64,000 bases of DNA. Source: Hydrolagus colliei (taxonomy: Eukaryota). This document shows, one piece after another, positions 51,893 to 64,000 of this stretch. Under the pieces are notes generated by a model. It was not told the DNA's origin and did not search any database. It saw only the letters and a program-made list of their open reading frames with translations. The DNA is taken from NCBI GenBank assembly GCA_035084275.1, contig CM068750.1, positions 8,866,001 through 8,930,000 of the forward strand. The letters run 5' to 3'. The stretch's first letter is position 1, and each line of letters begins with the position of its first letter. The translations under genes and the position numbers were made by a program.

Positions 51893-52899
51893 TACTAGGA
51901 ACTCCACTTTGCAAGTCTAGGTGTACTTTATCAGACAATTTCATCAGTTTGAGATGTCTGCTCCTTCAAAATGTTCCTGAAATTGGAGATAAGATTTATG
52001 ACTTCCGAAGCCATGTTGGCAGTCTTTTACATGTTGGCTCCTGAAACTAGATATTGAAAGCAATTTTAGCATTTTCGTTTTTACTTTGCTTTGAAGTTGT
52101 TATATTTTTATTACCAACTGCACACCCTGGAACTACGGTTAAGTTTCTTGTGTTTAAAGTTCTACATAAATAATCTTTGGTGTCTTTGAAATGCGGTATT
52201 TTTCTCAAAAGTTGGTTCAACTGTCCACTTTAACTGATCGCTGAATTCTTTTGGTTAATTAATATTATTCTACATAAGTCTTTATATGACAATTAATACA
52301 CACTGAAACCCTCTCCTCAAAACACTCTGAAAGTCGATATATCTGAAAGGATAAACACAAAATGTGGATAAGATTACTTGAATGCATATTTGTCTGGGCA
52401 AAGAATTTGTAAAAACATGGAGAAGAAATATACATCCTTTTGATATTTGGCATCAAAATGCATCTTGTGGCCTGGAAAAGTATAGCAAGGGAATATGTAT
52501 AGCTGTTACCAGACCTGCTCACAGAGAGAGGCATTGTACAGCAGATATAGTGTCTCTCACTAAAAGAGCACCATTCAGTTTATATGAGAACCAGGAACTT
52601 TAGAGAAACTGGAGCACAGATTAATAATCTCAATATAACCTTAAATATTGTAATAAACATTATGTTCAGCTCTCTCCAGTTTGATCAGCACCTGTTTGTG
52701 AAAATGTGCATTACATCAAATACATTTGCACTGTTACTTCTTCATATAATTCATCTATTTTATAATTAATTATTATTATTTAATTCATCTCGTAGGGCAG
52801 TGAAGAATGCAGTGAATTTTAGTACGAGACAGAAAATCTTTGCAAAATGACAGAAATTCACTTAACCAGATGAACCCATTGGCAAGTGGCATCATTTTG

Positions 52900-53065
52900 A
52901 TACAAAATCACAAGGGAGGTATGGACGAAGAAGGCCACTTAACCCATTTGATCTTAAGCTTCGAGAATAACCATTCTACCATCCTCCCATTACATCATCA
53001 AGCTGCTTCTTAAATGAGTCCTGGGTCATGGTCTCAGCCACCCTTTCTGGTAACCAGTTTGTTAT
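52900..53065 (-). mobile_element. CR1 3' fragment
   Basis: GACGAAGAAGGCCACTTAACCCAT...CATCAAGCTGCTTCTTAAATGA; paralogous to 58445-58570. Confidence 0.6.
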
Positions 53066-55244
53066 TAATTACATTTGCTGTAAAAATGACACAGTTGGTA
53101 CAAGATTGAAAGTCCGCAAAGCACAGTCTTTCCATCTCCTTTGGTAACATGATCTCATTGAAGGATTTTTATGTCAACTATTGCAATGGACAGAAAGGCA
53201 ATGGAGAGATGTAATGAGAATAAAGTACATGCAGATAAACAGACAAGCTAAAGCACCCAAACTAACAATGTATATTAACCTTTTGCTTGATGGGCATGCT
53301 TTTCGCTCTGCATTTCCACAGCACAGGATGAACAACAGATTTGAAAGAATAGAATTTAAATACTAATTTTGTGGATGAGAACAGTGTCTCCAATGCACTG
53401 AATTCTATATAATTCTCCATCAGTCATTGATGGATCTGTATTACTCTATTAACTTGCAAAATAAATTCCCATATCGTAATTTATTAAAAACACACACTTC
53501 TTTCTATTTAGCACATTTAGAAATAGGGTGTGTGTTTTTTCAATTTAAAAAAGTCTGATTTAAAACCCGGGCCCACTGCAGATCTCAGTAAGGCTGTGTC
53601 CTTTAACCTCAAATATTAAATAAACATGTAGCCATTCCCAGCAGGATAAGAGCTGCGGCCAAAACTCACCCTTCAAATTCTCTTTGCTTGGATACCACTG
53701 ATCTTTGGACTTCATCCTAATCTCCTCTGACCTTTTATCCCAGAAGTCTCTTTTCTGACTTGTGTCAGAAAAACAGATTCAAGACAAAATAAACATGGAA
53801 CTAATTTATATTTCACAGTCTGCTTGAGCAGGGCAACAGGTTAGCCACTGAAAAATGGCCTCCACAGCACATGCCAATGCATTTTCCTTTCTGTGTATTT
53901 TCTCTGAAATCTAACGACTGGTTACCCAAAGTGTCAAAATCATCATTGTTGATGGAAACAGATTGCATCATTGATACTGCTGATGTAAATGGATTGAGCC
54001 TGCACAAGAGGTGGTCATAAAATTGCAAAGGTTTTGGTGGCACATTAGTTGCCCAGTTAATCCTCAATTCATAGTATGGTATGAAACTTCTTCAAGCGGA
54101 AATAAACCTTGAGGCCTAAGTTACTCCATGGTCACTGTCAGTGTTCAACAGCACATGGGCTTTTATACTGTACAGTACTTAAAAATCCCTGCCAGTCCTT
54201 CCATCAACTCTCTTCCCCCGCCCCTTGCCTCTCAGGTTAGAGTTATGTGGGATCCCACAGAACCCACCCAGTGAAGCTGAGTTTCCATACCTGAAGCTGG
54301 GGCAGGGACAGCTCAGTTTGCAGTCACACACGATCAGAGAAGGATTCTATTTGGTAGGCCAGCAATATGAATATAAACACAGTATGCATAATCTACTTCT
54401 TCCTTTCCTGATTAGTCAGGAAATGCTCTGCTTCAAATTCTGCCCACACCCCATCCCCAGGGTACTATATGTAACATAAAATAAAAGGCGATTGAGGGAC
54501 TTAAGATATATTATATAGGTGCTTAGGACTCTTCCTGCATTACAGCCGCGAGTATGGAAAATTCAGTGGAAGTCGCATCTCTCCAGAGCTCATGGCTGTC
54601 TATTTTACAGTGGTGGGGAGGAATTTTGCTTACACAGCAACTCCTCCACTTATCAGCAAGTAGTGTATTTTAAGCATTGTAAGTTATGACAAGCAGTTTC
54701 ACTTCATAAAACCGTCAGTGCCATAGCATGTTTTCCACACTGACTCCTCATCTCCCAGCACTGTTACCTTAGGTGAACCAAAAAGCTTGCAGAGCCTCTG
54801 TAAGGACCATGTTATTTTTAATACTGCTCATAATATGAGTTTTTCTTGGAAGCGTGACGAATGTCTTTCACTGTCTACTTATCCAGGAGTTATGTTGGCT
54901 GGAGCAGCCGAGACACTGTGGTAACATTTAATGGTTTACAGAGCATAGATCTTCCTTAATGACTGTAGCAAGTTATTACACACAGTGTATGTTTGTGATG
55001 CTAATGAATGGTGGTGGGGGAAGAACCAGCCTAGTGTTAATGGGGCTTTTTAATTTCAGGAGCATACACATTAATGTGTTTTATATTGTAACTCTGTAAT
55101 TTGCAAGTAGGTCACTGGAATACTGTCATTGAGTGCTGTGCAATTCCATGTCTGAGTGGTTTATTACCTGGGTAGTTCTGTCAGGTTCAGCAGATTTAAC
55201 TGTAGAGGCAGCTGTGTGAAAATAACTGAAGCCCACCATAAGCT

Positions 55245-55600
55245 CCCTTGACCCCATCCCCACCCCACCTCTACACGCATCCATGCTCTCCAATTCCTGG
55301 CCCATCTCCAACCTATCTTTTCTTTCCAAGGTCCTTGAAAGAGTTGTTGCTTCCCAGCTTCGCTCTTTCCTCTCCTCCCACTCCCTCCATGAGCCCTTTC
55401 AATCAGGTTTCCATGCTGCTTACAGCACGGCCCTTCTCTTCAATTGTGCCTTTAGTTGCCCTCCTATTTCTCTGTCCTCTCTTATCACAACCTTGCCCCC
55501 CAACACCCCCCTTCCCCGGTCGGGTCCTGAACCCTGACAGTTCAGTGCCTTGTGATGTCCTTCCGATGTGAAAAGTGCTCTCTCTACAAATGTAATTTTT
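55245..55600 (+). mobile_element. L2 RT fragment joined directly to an L2 3' tail
   Basis: Translates SNSWPISNLSFLSKVLERVVASQLRSFLSSHSLHEPFQSGFHAAYST (L2 RT N-terminal motifs); tail follows within about 60 bp. Confidence 0.85.
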
Positions 55601-56372
55601 TTTAAAAAAAAAACAGGTTTTACATTTTAGAGAGCTGTTGGTTCAAGCCTGCGTCTATTAGATGTTCAATGGAGTAATCACACTCTAGTGGACATTGAAT
55701 GCTGCTTTTAGAAGAATGGGAAACAGTGTATATCCATGTTCATGTAGGAGACTTGGTCATTTCGATTACAAATCCAATTTGTGACAATTGAGAAGGATCA
55801 AGGTCTAGTCTTAGTTTAGGTGCTCCAATTCACCTTTTTAAACCCTGACCAGCGAGGGAGAAATCAGCCAAGTTTCCTGGTCCCGATCATGATAAAGTCA
55901 TCTCATGCTAGAAGCGGAGTGCATGTGGATATTAGGCAAGTAAAGGATTGGGTTTAACTCTGACATTTTCCACTGTTGCCTTGGAAAATATTTCCAATCA
56001 CTTTTGGGAGTTACCTGCCTGTAGATATTAATCCTTAAAAATCAGAATCTCTATAAAAATTGGATATGGGGAATTAGGAATACACTAAAAATACCACAGT
56101 GCTTCTTCCGGCTGGTCCTAAACCTTAAAAATAAAATCCCAAATCATTTATCATTCTCGGAAAGTTAAGTTTGTCATTCCGCAGAGTATCTCTGAGACAT
56201 GAGCTGCTGCATTTGTGCGTTTCTTTCTGGGTACACATGCCATCATACTCCACAATTTATGTTGCCTTTTGTGCCCGAAAGGGGAATGGTACGACTGCAC
56301 AAAGCAGCACTATGACCATCGACAGTACTCGTTTATTAGTCAGCCTTTTCTTGTAAATTACGGAATTCTTAC

Positions 56373-56444
56373 CTGCAATTTATCTGCAAACCCCTCACTG
56401 CTTTGCTTGCACACTCCGACAAGTGAAAAAGATAAGCAGGAAAC
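56373..56444 (-). other. Candidate 72-nt exon (VSCLSFSLVGVCKQSSEGFADKLQ) or regulatory element
   Basis: Donor CAG|GTAAGA, acceptor CATTCTTTCTGAAG; overlaps the GATA+ETS motif AGATAAGCAGGAAAC; CpGs retained at 56180-56550. Confidence 0.3.
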
Positions 56445-57984
56445 CTTCAGAAAGAATGGCGGTTGGTGTTATAAAAGAATACAGGCGAAATGTGTTGAAG
56501 TGTTAATAAGCTCACGCTGTGATTTGAGCGCTGCTCGCAACTTGCGGCGTTGCATGTGAATTGGGAAAATAAGGCAACCAGTGTGGAAGAGGAAGAAAGC
56601 AGCCAGAAGCCAAACACAGGACTGACTCTTACATTTAATGACTGATTTTTTTTTAGAAAGAAAATATAACTATAAAAGAATGTCAGTAACTGTCAGGGCT
56701 ATAGAGGCTGGATAATCCATGCGCTTTGCAATGAATTAAACCAGTCATGGTTGTTTAGACCTATGTGTACATACCGTCACTTTGTGCCGCAGGAATGATA
56801 ATGACATGCAGACTTAGTTAATCTTGTCATTGAATTATCATAATTGCTATTTGGTCATTCATTATTGTAACTTCAGATCCGTGCTGTTACTTTGAACCTG
56901 TCCACCACAACTCATGGAATAATAGCACATTAGCTTGGCAATAGGAAACAGAAGGTGACAATGAATAGAGAGAGCTCTGTCGGGGGTGGGGAATACAGAA
57001 TTCCATAGGAGTCTATTCTGGGAACTTCTCATGCTGAAAATAAGAGCATGGATTCCCCTCCCAGTTAGTTGTGCAAAGTGTTTTGAGACATCCTCCTGAC
57101 ATGAAAGGTGCTAGATAAATGTAAATTGTTGTTGCATGGCTTTTTCTCAATCAATTTTCTGATAATATTTAGCATGATGAAGAGTTACATTTAGAGACAT
57201 GCATGAGAGGGTCCATCTGTCTAGCTTAGTAAAGAGAGAGAATAGAGAGCCTTCTGTGAGGCGAGTAAGAGTAAAGAGAACAATTTGCCTGGGTGTTGCT
57301 AATCTTGCCTGCAGCTCTTCCTATCCTTTAGCTCTAAAGCATCACTTGTGCCATTTGTTGCACTGACAGTTTGACATTCTTGTTTGTTCAGCTGGGTAAA
57401 GGTTAACATGTAAGTGAAACCAAACAAAGTCAATATTATAGAGGACCATAAATATTATGAATGAATTTTGCAGTACAGGTGTCAACTTTATTGATATTCA
57501 TCTGAAACATCAGAAGTCCTTGAGCCCAGCTGGGAATGTATGTACCCCGAATGATGTGCAGGTAGGCGTTTTGCAATGTTGATCATTTTGACCATGAAAG
57601 GGATGCCTTCTCTTTGAAGTTGTGATATGCAATTCACATTCCAGAGAAGCTTAATAATGGAAATGTCTGATATTTGTATTAAAAAGCATGTCTAAGGATA
57701 GTGCTGATGGTGGCAGTGTATAGTGCTGTGGTTCTGAATGATGTCTGCTTACTTTCTTCACACTGAAGTCCTGTAAAAGTGTTAAACATACCCACCCACT
57801 CGCCCACTGTTTCAGTATATTTAACATGAGGACACTGATGTAAAATAGTTGTTAAAAAAAATAGAGGTGAGATGAGGAGAAATTTTTTGCACGCAGCAAG
57901 TTGTTTGGATCTGGAATGCATTGCCTGAAAGATGGTGGAAATCAATTCGACAACAACTTTTAAAAGAGAAGTACAGTACATAGT

Positions 57985-58102
57985 TATTTGAGGACAGGTT
58001 TGCAGGGCTATTAGGAGAGAGGGGAGTGGGATTGATTCAGATCAAAGAGCCAGCACAGACATGATGGGCCAATTTGCCTCCTTCTATGATGTGTAATTCT
58101 AC
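57985..58102 (+). mobile_element. CR1 3' tail (second family)
   Basis: GAGCCAGCACAGACATGATGGGCCAATTTGCCTCCTTCT. Confidence 0.65.
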
Positions 58103-58444
58103 AATAGGTTACTGTTTCAGTAAAACCCTTGAATTAGGAAATATCAGTATCACTATCAGGGTTCGAATTACTGCTATAAATTTTAATTCCTCTCTTATTT
58201 ATTTCAAGGGACACTAAACAAACTCTATCGCATCACAAAATAAATAATAAACCATGTTATTTTATATTATTTGCCTGCATTGTTTCACTAGCAGATTCAG
58301 AGTTAATCCCTTAAAGGCCCAGTTGGCTTTGACAGATGTATATGTTTTCTGCTCTGTCCTGGGGAGGGTATTATTTTCCCAAAATGTAAAGTGTGCTGGA
58401 TGTGCTGACCTGTCATTCATTATTGTGGCATGTGTCCCACTAAG

Positions 58445-58795
58445 CTTCACAAGATCACAAGCTTTGCTGCGGATGAAGAAGTCCATTCGGCCCATCTGAT
58501 CTCATCCCTCCAGAATAGCTGCCTTTTATCCTCCATCATAGCATCAAGCTGCTTTTTAAAAGAATCCAGTAAAAAAAAAACAATGTCCTGGTTTCAATCA
58601 CCTTTCCCACAACCTGTTCTAGTCGTTAATTATCCTCTGGGTAAAAAAAAGCTTCCTCATATCTGTCCTGAAATTGTCCTTTGCTACTCTAAGCCTATGT
58701 CTTCCTGTTTACTCGTGCAGTTTAACCTAACGTAATGTGCTGGGTTTACTTTTTTAATGCCATTTGAAGTGTTATACACTGTATCCATGCTCCTT
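58445..58795 (-). mobile_element. CR1 3' fragment
   Basis: GATGAAGAAGTCCATTCGGCCCATC...CCTCTGGGTAAAAAAAAGCTTCCTC...TTATACACTGTATCCATG. Confidence 0.7.
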
Positions 58796-58842
58796 TAGTG
58801 CAAATGAAATCTGAGGGTGAGAAACAAAAAGTGTTTTCTTAC

Positions 58843-58902
58843 CTGTATCAAAGGCCTCCGGTATCCCCAGGTTTCCTAAAGTCACCCTTTCAATTGGAAA
58901 TC
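58843..58902 (-). CDS. Candidate 60-nt phase 1-1 exon, (G)FPIERVTLGNLGIPEAFDT
   Basis: Strong acceptor TTTTTCCTTTTTTCTTCCTCCATAG|G and donor CAG|GTAAGA; one open frame, symmetric. Confidence 0.5.
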
Positions 58903-60550
58903 CTATGGAGGAAGAAAAAAGGAAAAAGCAACAGGAAACTGTTCAACAAGCCATTAGAACATATGCCAAAAATACCACTGCTAATGAAAATCTAATTACA
59001 AAATGTGTTTACAAAGCAACCCTCTTTCAAATCATTTGCAAATGATGTCAGATTTGCTGCTTCAAGTACTTCCTAAGATTTATTGATATGAAACTCCCCT
59101 CAAAGCTGCAATTGAACTTTTGAGAATGTACAAGGAAAGTAATGCCACATTGTAGGTTTACACAGTAGAATGGCATTTATGTTACAATTATCCTAATCTA
59201 GTGCACATTCATCTTTCTCCACATTAATTTTCTGTGGGCCAAAATATTGGGCTTTAAAACCCATCATCAACAATAATCATTGTTTAAGGGATGAATCGAT
59301 ATCATCATATTTCATCAAGTGTATCATCACGTATATTCGTTGATCATACACATCATGGGTGCTTGTTGGACATTGCCATGCATAAACTGACTGCCATGTT
59401 CACCTGCATAGTACACATTCACTATACTTTACAGGAGATCCTGTGAAGCACTTTGAGATGTACGTGCTGATGTGAAAGGCTGATGTGTCAATTGCAATCA
59501 TTATTTTAATTACTCATAACAGCTTCTGGTTTCTTCCATTGCACAAGTGGTGTGTGATTCTAATACTGCATGTATTTTAAGAAGAGAAATCCCCATGTTA
59601 ATTAATGTTGCAAACTAAATTCACCAGACTGTTTCTATATTTATTCTAAAGGAAGCTTTCTGGAATTGTGATCAGTGGGGTTGAGCAGAGGTGGAAGGGA
59701 ATCAACATAAATTTAGAATCCCACTGAAATATAGTTTTTTTTAATACCAATACATTGTAATACCACAGCAAAATTTCAGCAATGTTATTGTTTAAATATT
59801 ACGTAACGCAGGATATAAAATAGCTATAAATTTGGAAGAAGAATTTCCTTGCCAAACAATTGCGATCTGGATCTGCAGGATGCCTTTGGAGTAGTACTGA
59901 ATAAGCACAAGAGTGTGCGCTGAATATTGAGAGGAAATACTGTATTACATCATCGCTCCCTTCAAGACACGACACCAAATGCCCAGAAACAATTGCAAGT
60001 TTTTCAGCTCCCAGACAGAGTTCACTTTATTCCTTACATCAGGTTAAAGAATAGAACCGAACGGATGCCAATTTGTATCATGCTGTTTGCCATCACAATG
60101 CATCTTTGAGGAAGGTAAACTAACCAGGGGTAGAAGGACCAATCAGAATGATTGGTAGACCGTATAATTTGTCAGTTGATGGACATCACTTTTGTTCATC
60201 ACATCCCTATATATCTGTACTTCCAAGATGCAGAATTACCAAAAGGATCATTAGCGTGACATTTCTACTTTCTCAGCAACTAAAGGAACCCAAAGTGGAA
60301 ATGGCTGCTTTTTCTCACCTGCTACTTACTAACCTAGAAAGTAATGGACACAATTTATCTGTTTTTCTTCACACAATTTGTTTTCTGAATTTGGATGAAA
60401 CGAATCAGGTGAAATCAATTGTTCAAATGTGTATATCTTGGAAAAGTTCATAAACAGAACCCTTTTGATTTAATCTTTCAAATGCATGGAGACTGCTCTT
60501 CTGGAGGGCACATTTCTGAAAATAGTAAATATCCATAGAGTGCATAGATT

Positions 60551-60860
60551 CAATCAAACAATCAATCAATCAATCAAAACTTACAATTATATAGCGCCTT
60601 TCATGTCGTGAGGACGTCGCAAGGCGCTGTACAGTCAGGTAGGGACAAGAGCAGGGGGGAAGGGAGAGGGGCAGGACGAAGAAGAGTAGGAAAATTGACT
60701 GTATATTTGTGGGCGAAACACAGCAGCCAAATTGTGCACAGCAGTGTCCCACAAACAGTCATGGAAGTGGGAATAGGGGAAAGGGGGGAGTGGGGAATGG
60801 CAAGGGGAGGGGTCGGGGGAGGAGGAAGAAGAGCAGGAATGCTGACTGTATATTTGTGTT
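60551..60860 (-). mobile_element. Chimeric L2-tail/SINE element with (TTGA)n tail
   Basis: (CAAT)n + antisense L2 tail + G-rich UTR + SINE core TTGACTGTATATTTGTGGGCGAAACACAGCAGCC; the junction motif is repeated at about 60826-60858. Confidence 0.75.
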
Positions 60861-61569
60861 CATAACTTACAGATTGTTTCGGGATATATTTTGTTCTATT
60901 GCATTTTTTATGGTATTAATAATGTTAAAAATCATATTAATTATGAAGCTAATCTAATATCTTTCAGGTTACAAAACAGGCTTTGAAGACAAAGTATAAT
61001 TAAATAGAAATAAAGTGAATGTCAGCCAAACATGTTGCAACATATAGTTATTATATCCAATACTCACTTCGATCTTCAAAATTAAACATTAAGCAAGTTA
61101 TTTTTTGATATATTTTGGCAACTCATCTGCTTTAATCTTAAAATTGGAACAGAGCTGTAGGAATAGGGAATGTGTAATTCTCTTTTGAACAGCAGCCAGG
61201 AGACACATTGCAAAGAGTACTTTTGAACTACAGAGGCAATACACCTGGGTAGAGGTAAAAAAAAAATTGAGGTAAAATTGCAAATGAATTTAAATTTACC
61301 CTATTGATAGAGTCCTTCAGAATGTCCAGAACTTTGGCAAATTCTTGAATTCAGCCTTAACTTTAGATTTGTTTTCTTATGTTCTTAAAAGAAGTTCAAA
61401 ATTAAGACTGCATTTAAGAATTTGTCAAATTCTGTCTGCTCTGAAATGCTGTCTTAATAGACTAAAATCTACTACTCCCTGATGGGATTTCTATCCATTG
61501 ATTTTACAATGTACAGCAGCAGAGAAACTCTTTACATGGCTTGTTTAATATTCAAAAACATGATATGCC

Positions 61570-61832
61570 TGTTTAGGTGAATGTTAAGGATTTCATGGTG
61601 TTATTCAAAAAAAGATGGGAGCTTCACCCAGTGTTCTGGTCAACAATTCCCCAAATAAAATTGATCATTCACTTCATGGCTGTTTCTGAGACATTGTTGT
61701 GTGCAATTAGATGCCGTGTTTGCCTCCAAAATACACAGTTACTCCTCTTTATAGGATATCCTATGAAGCGCTTTGAGACAGCCTCCCGGCGCTAGATAAA
61801 TTAAAGACGCTATATGAAACATAAGGATTATA
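61570..61832 (+). mobile_element. Deu-SINE 3' two-thirds
   Basis: GTGAATGTTAAGGATTTCATGG...CCCAGTGTTCTGGTCAACAATTCC...GAAGCGCTTTGAGAC. Confidence 0.7.
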
Positions 61833-62014
61833 GGATTATCTTTTTTTAAATTCCATTTTCAAGGCGAGGAATTTGTCAGGTTCCCTTTTCTTTGCAACCT
61901 TTGATGTTGCAGAACCACTGAATATTCCACCCTGGTAAACAAAGCGAGGAGACCTATTTTAACTGCTTACCAGGTTCAATCTATTTATTTTGACAAAATG
62001 TTTTCACAGTGCAT

Positions 62015-63739
62015 CTGGTTCTTTATTTCTGTGGTTGTCTGCAGCTGAAAGCTGTGTATTGTACACAACTGAATGGATGATCAGAATTAATTATTAAGGT
62101 GCAGGATTGCTTTCATCAGTTGTGGTTTGCACATTCTTGTACATAACCGTATCAGCCACACTGTGACTTGGGCTACCTCTGCACTGCACTGCGTACTGAG
62201 GCAGTGGAGGGCACTGGGGCAAAGTCTGCATTGCCAAAATCGAAGCTTCTTAAATAAGTATGAAAGAAGAGCTGACAACGACTGAGATTGCTTTCAGTTT
62301 GGAATGGGAATCAGTTCTCATTTTCTAACAAATCATTATTAACTGTAATTTAATATACAGCTGACATACTGTACATGAAATGACTGCTCTTTGCTATGCA
62401 ATTTTGGCATGTGATGGGTGCATGGTTTCTGCAGAGTGCCAAAAAAGAGAGCTCTTTTCTGACACGTTGACAGAGTCAGTGATGAGGCTAATCTGTAAAT
62501 CACTCTGAATTTACCACAAGCTCTGCCAGACAGACATATTAAATTGGAGGAATTCATTGCTGGAGCATGGAATTTGATACCAGAGATTGTCCACTGTTTA
62601 CATCCTTAAAGAAATTCATATGAATTTCGGGTTTGGAAACCTTAAATCTATGGGTCAACATAATTTTAGGAGAATTCCCCCAGGGTAAGAGGTAGAAGCA
62701 TGACCATCTCTGAGAAAACAGTGAAAGTATACTGAATAAAAGGAAAACATGTCACGTGACTTCACACAAAATCTTCAGATCACGCCAGAAGACCTTCCTC
62801 TTTAACCTCATCTCCCCCCAGCTCGGCATTGTGCTCTTCCCCGTCAAGCGCTCTGGGATGCTACCCTGCATGAGGAGCACTATATAGATGCAAATTGTTG
62901 TTTTTGACCACATCTGCATAGCTCACGTTTATGAGTAATCTCAGCCATCATTTTCCCATTACGGACGTTGCCACTAGAAATGCCACACATCTGATGATAT
63001 TTATGAACATGGTGTCCCTCCCAATGTGCAGATATTCCATTCTGCAGACCTGATACCTAATGTTGCCCAACCCTATGGTCATATCCATGTGGGGTCTGTG
63101 GCTTAGCTTCAGACAGACTTGCCATTCCTGATAACTCATCACTGAGCCCTGGCTCTTTATTTCTGTGGTTTACTGCACCTGAAAGTTGTGTTTTGTACAC
63201 AATTGAATGGATGATCAGAATGATTTATTAAGGTGCAGGATTGCTTTCATCAGTTGTGGCTTGTACATTCTTGTACAGAGCTGTAACAGCCACACTGCGA
63301 CTTGGGCCACTTAAGCACTCGCTGGGTATGCAGCCAGTGGAGGGCACTGGGGCAAAATCTGTATTGCCAAAATCAAACCCATGTAAACAAATTGTTGTTT
63401 TTGACTACAACTAATAGCTCCCATTGATGAGTAATCTCAGCCATCATTTTCCCATTACTGAAATTGTCACTAAAATTGCCACACATCTGATGATATATAT
63501 GAACACGATTTCTCCACAAGTGAGTAATCTCAGCCATCATTTTCCCATTACGGACGTTGCCACTAGAAATGCCACACATCGGATGATATTTATGAACATG
63601 GTGTCCCTCCCAATGTGCAGATATTCCATTCTGTAGAGCTGATACCCAGTGTTGCTGAACTCTATAGTCATATGCACGTGGGGTCTGTGGCTAAGCTTCA
63701 GACAGCTAAGCTTCACTCTTGATAACTCATCACTGAGCC
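62015..63739. repeat. Mosaic tandem duplication A...B A' b B'
   Basis: A 62015-62241 matches A' 63149-63373; B 62891-63149 matches b/B' 63388-63739, which carries an internal 93-bp duplication. Confidence 0.9.
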
Positions 63740-63750
63740 TTTCCCCTTGG

Positions 63751-63815
63751 AACAACAACAATAAAGTTACATGTATGGAGCGCCTTTCACATCGGGAGGA
63801 CGTCCCAAGGAGCTG
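63751..63815 (-). mobile_element. L2 3' tail
   Basis: (CAA)n...GCGCCTTTCACATCGGGAGGACGTCCCAAGG. Confidence 0.85.
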
Positions 63816-64000
63816 GAACAATGAGTTATCAGGAGATTAAAGAATCAGCTTTAATGAATTGCTGAACTGAAGCCATTAGCTGTTCCAATTGTGTGCTGAT
63901 CCATGTTGCATGAGCAACTAAGAGTTTTGAAATTCACACTTTGGGATTTCCGGTAGTACCAGCACAGCTCTGCAGGATAGCTCCCTGTGCACATACACTG

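Noticed and set aside
595-58902. Neuromedin S/U or urotensin precursor assignment for the small exons
   Set aside because: Only superficial likeness (GFP start, small exon sizes). I found no FLFRPRN or CFWKYC mature-peptide exon (only SLWKYCK near 12270) and the phases do not match.

Overview
AT-rich, CpG-depleted vertebrate nuclear DNA, not prokaryotic. The repeat repertoire (tRNA-headed SINEs with Deu-like cores and L2-type tails, L2 3' ends with (TTG)n tails, shark-type CR1 3' UTRs) suggests a cartilaginous fish, possibly a chimaera; this is an inference. I recognise no complete protein-coding gene, and most listed ORFs look like chance ORFs or repeat remnants. The window is mostly intronic/intergenic with dozens of SINE/L2/CR1 fragments. 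Distinct structures: a hAT-type MITE with a perfect 8-bp TSD and a nested L2 tail (6949-7420); three short inverted duplications flanking 340-660 bp spacers (13.6-14.3 kb, 37.2-37.7 kb, 39.3-39.8 kb); a mosaic tandem duplication (62.0-63.7 kb); and one CpG-retaining island (49.1-49.8 kb) with a GC box, a minus-strand TATA and splice donors on both strands. Several short minus-strand segments have strong splice signals and may be exons of one or more unidentified genes or lncRNAs. There is also a candidate 13-nt plus-strand microexon at 11093-11105. All exon calls come from splice motifs read by eye and need RNA or homology evidence.
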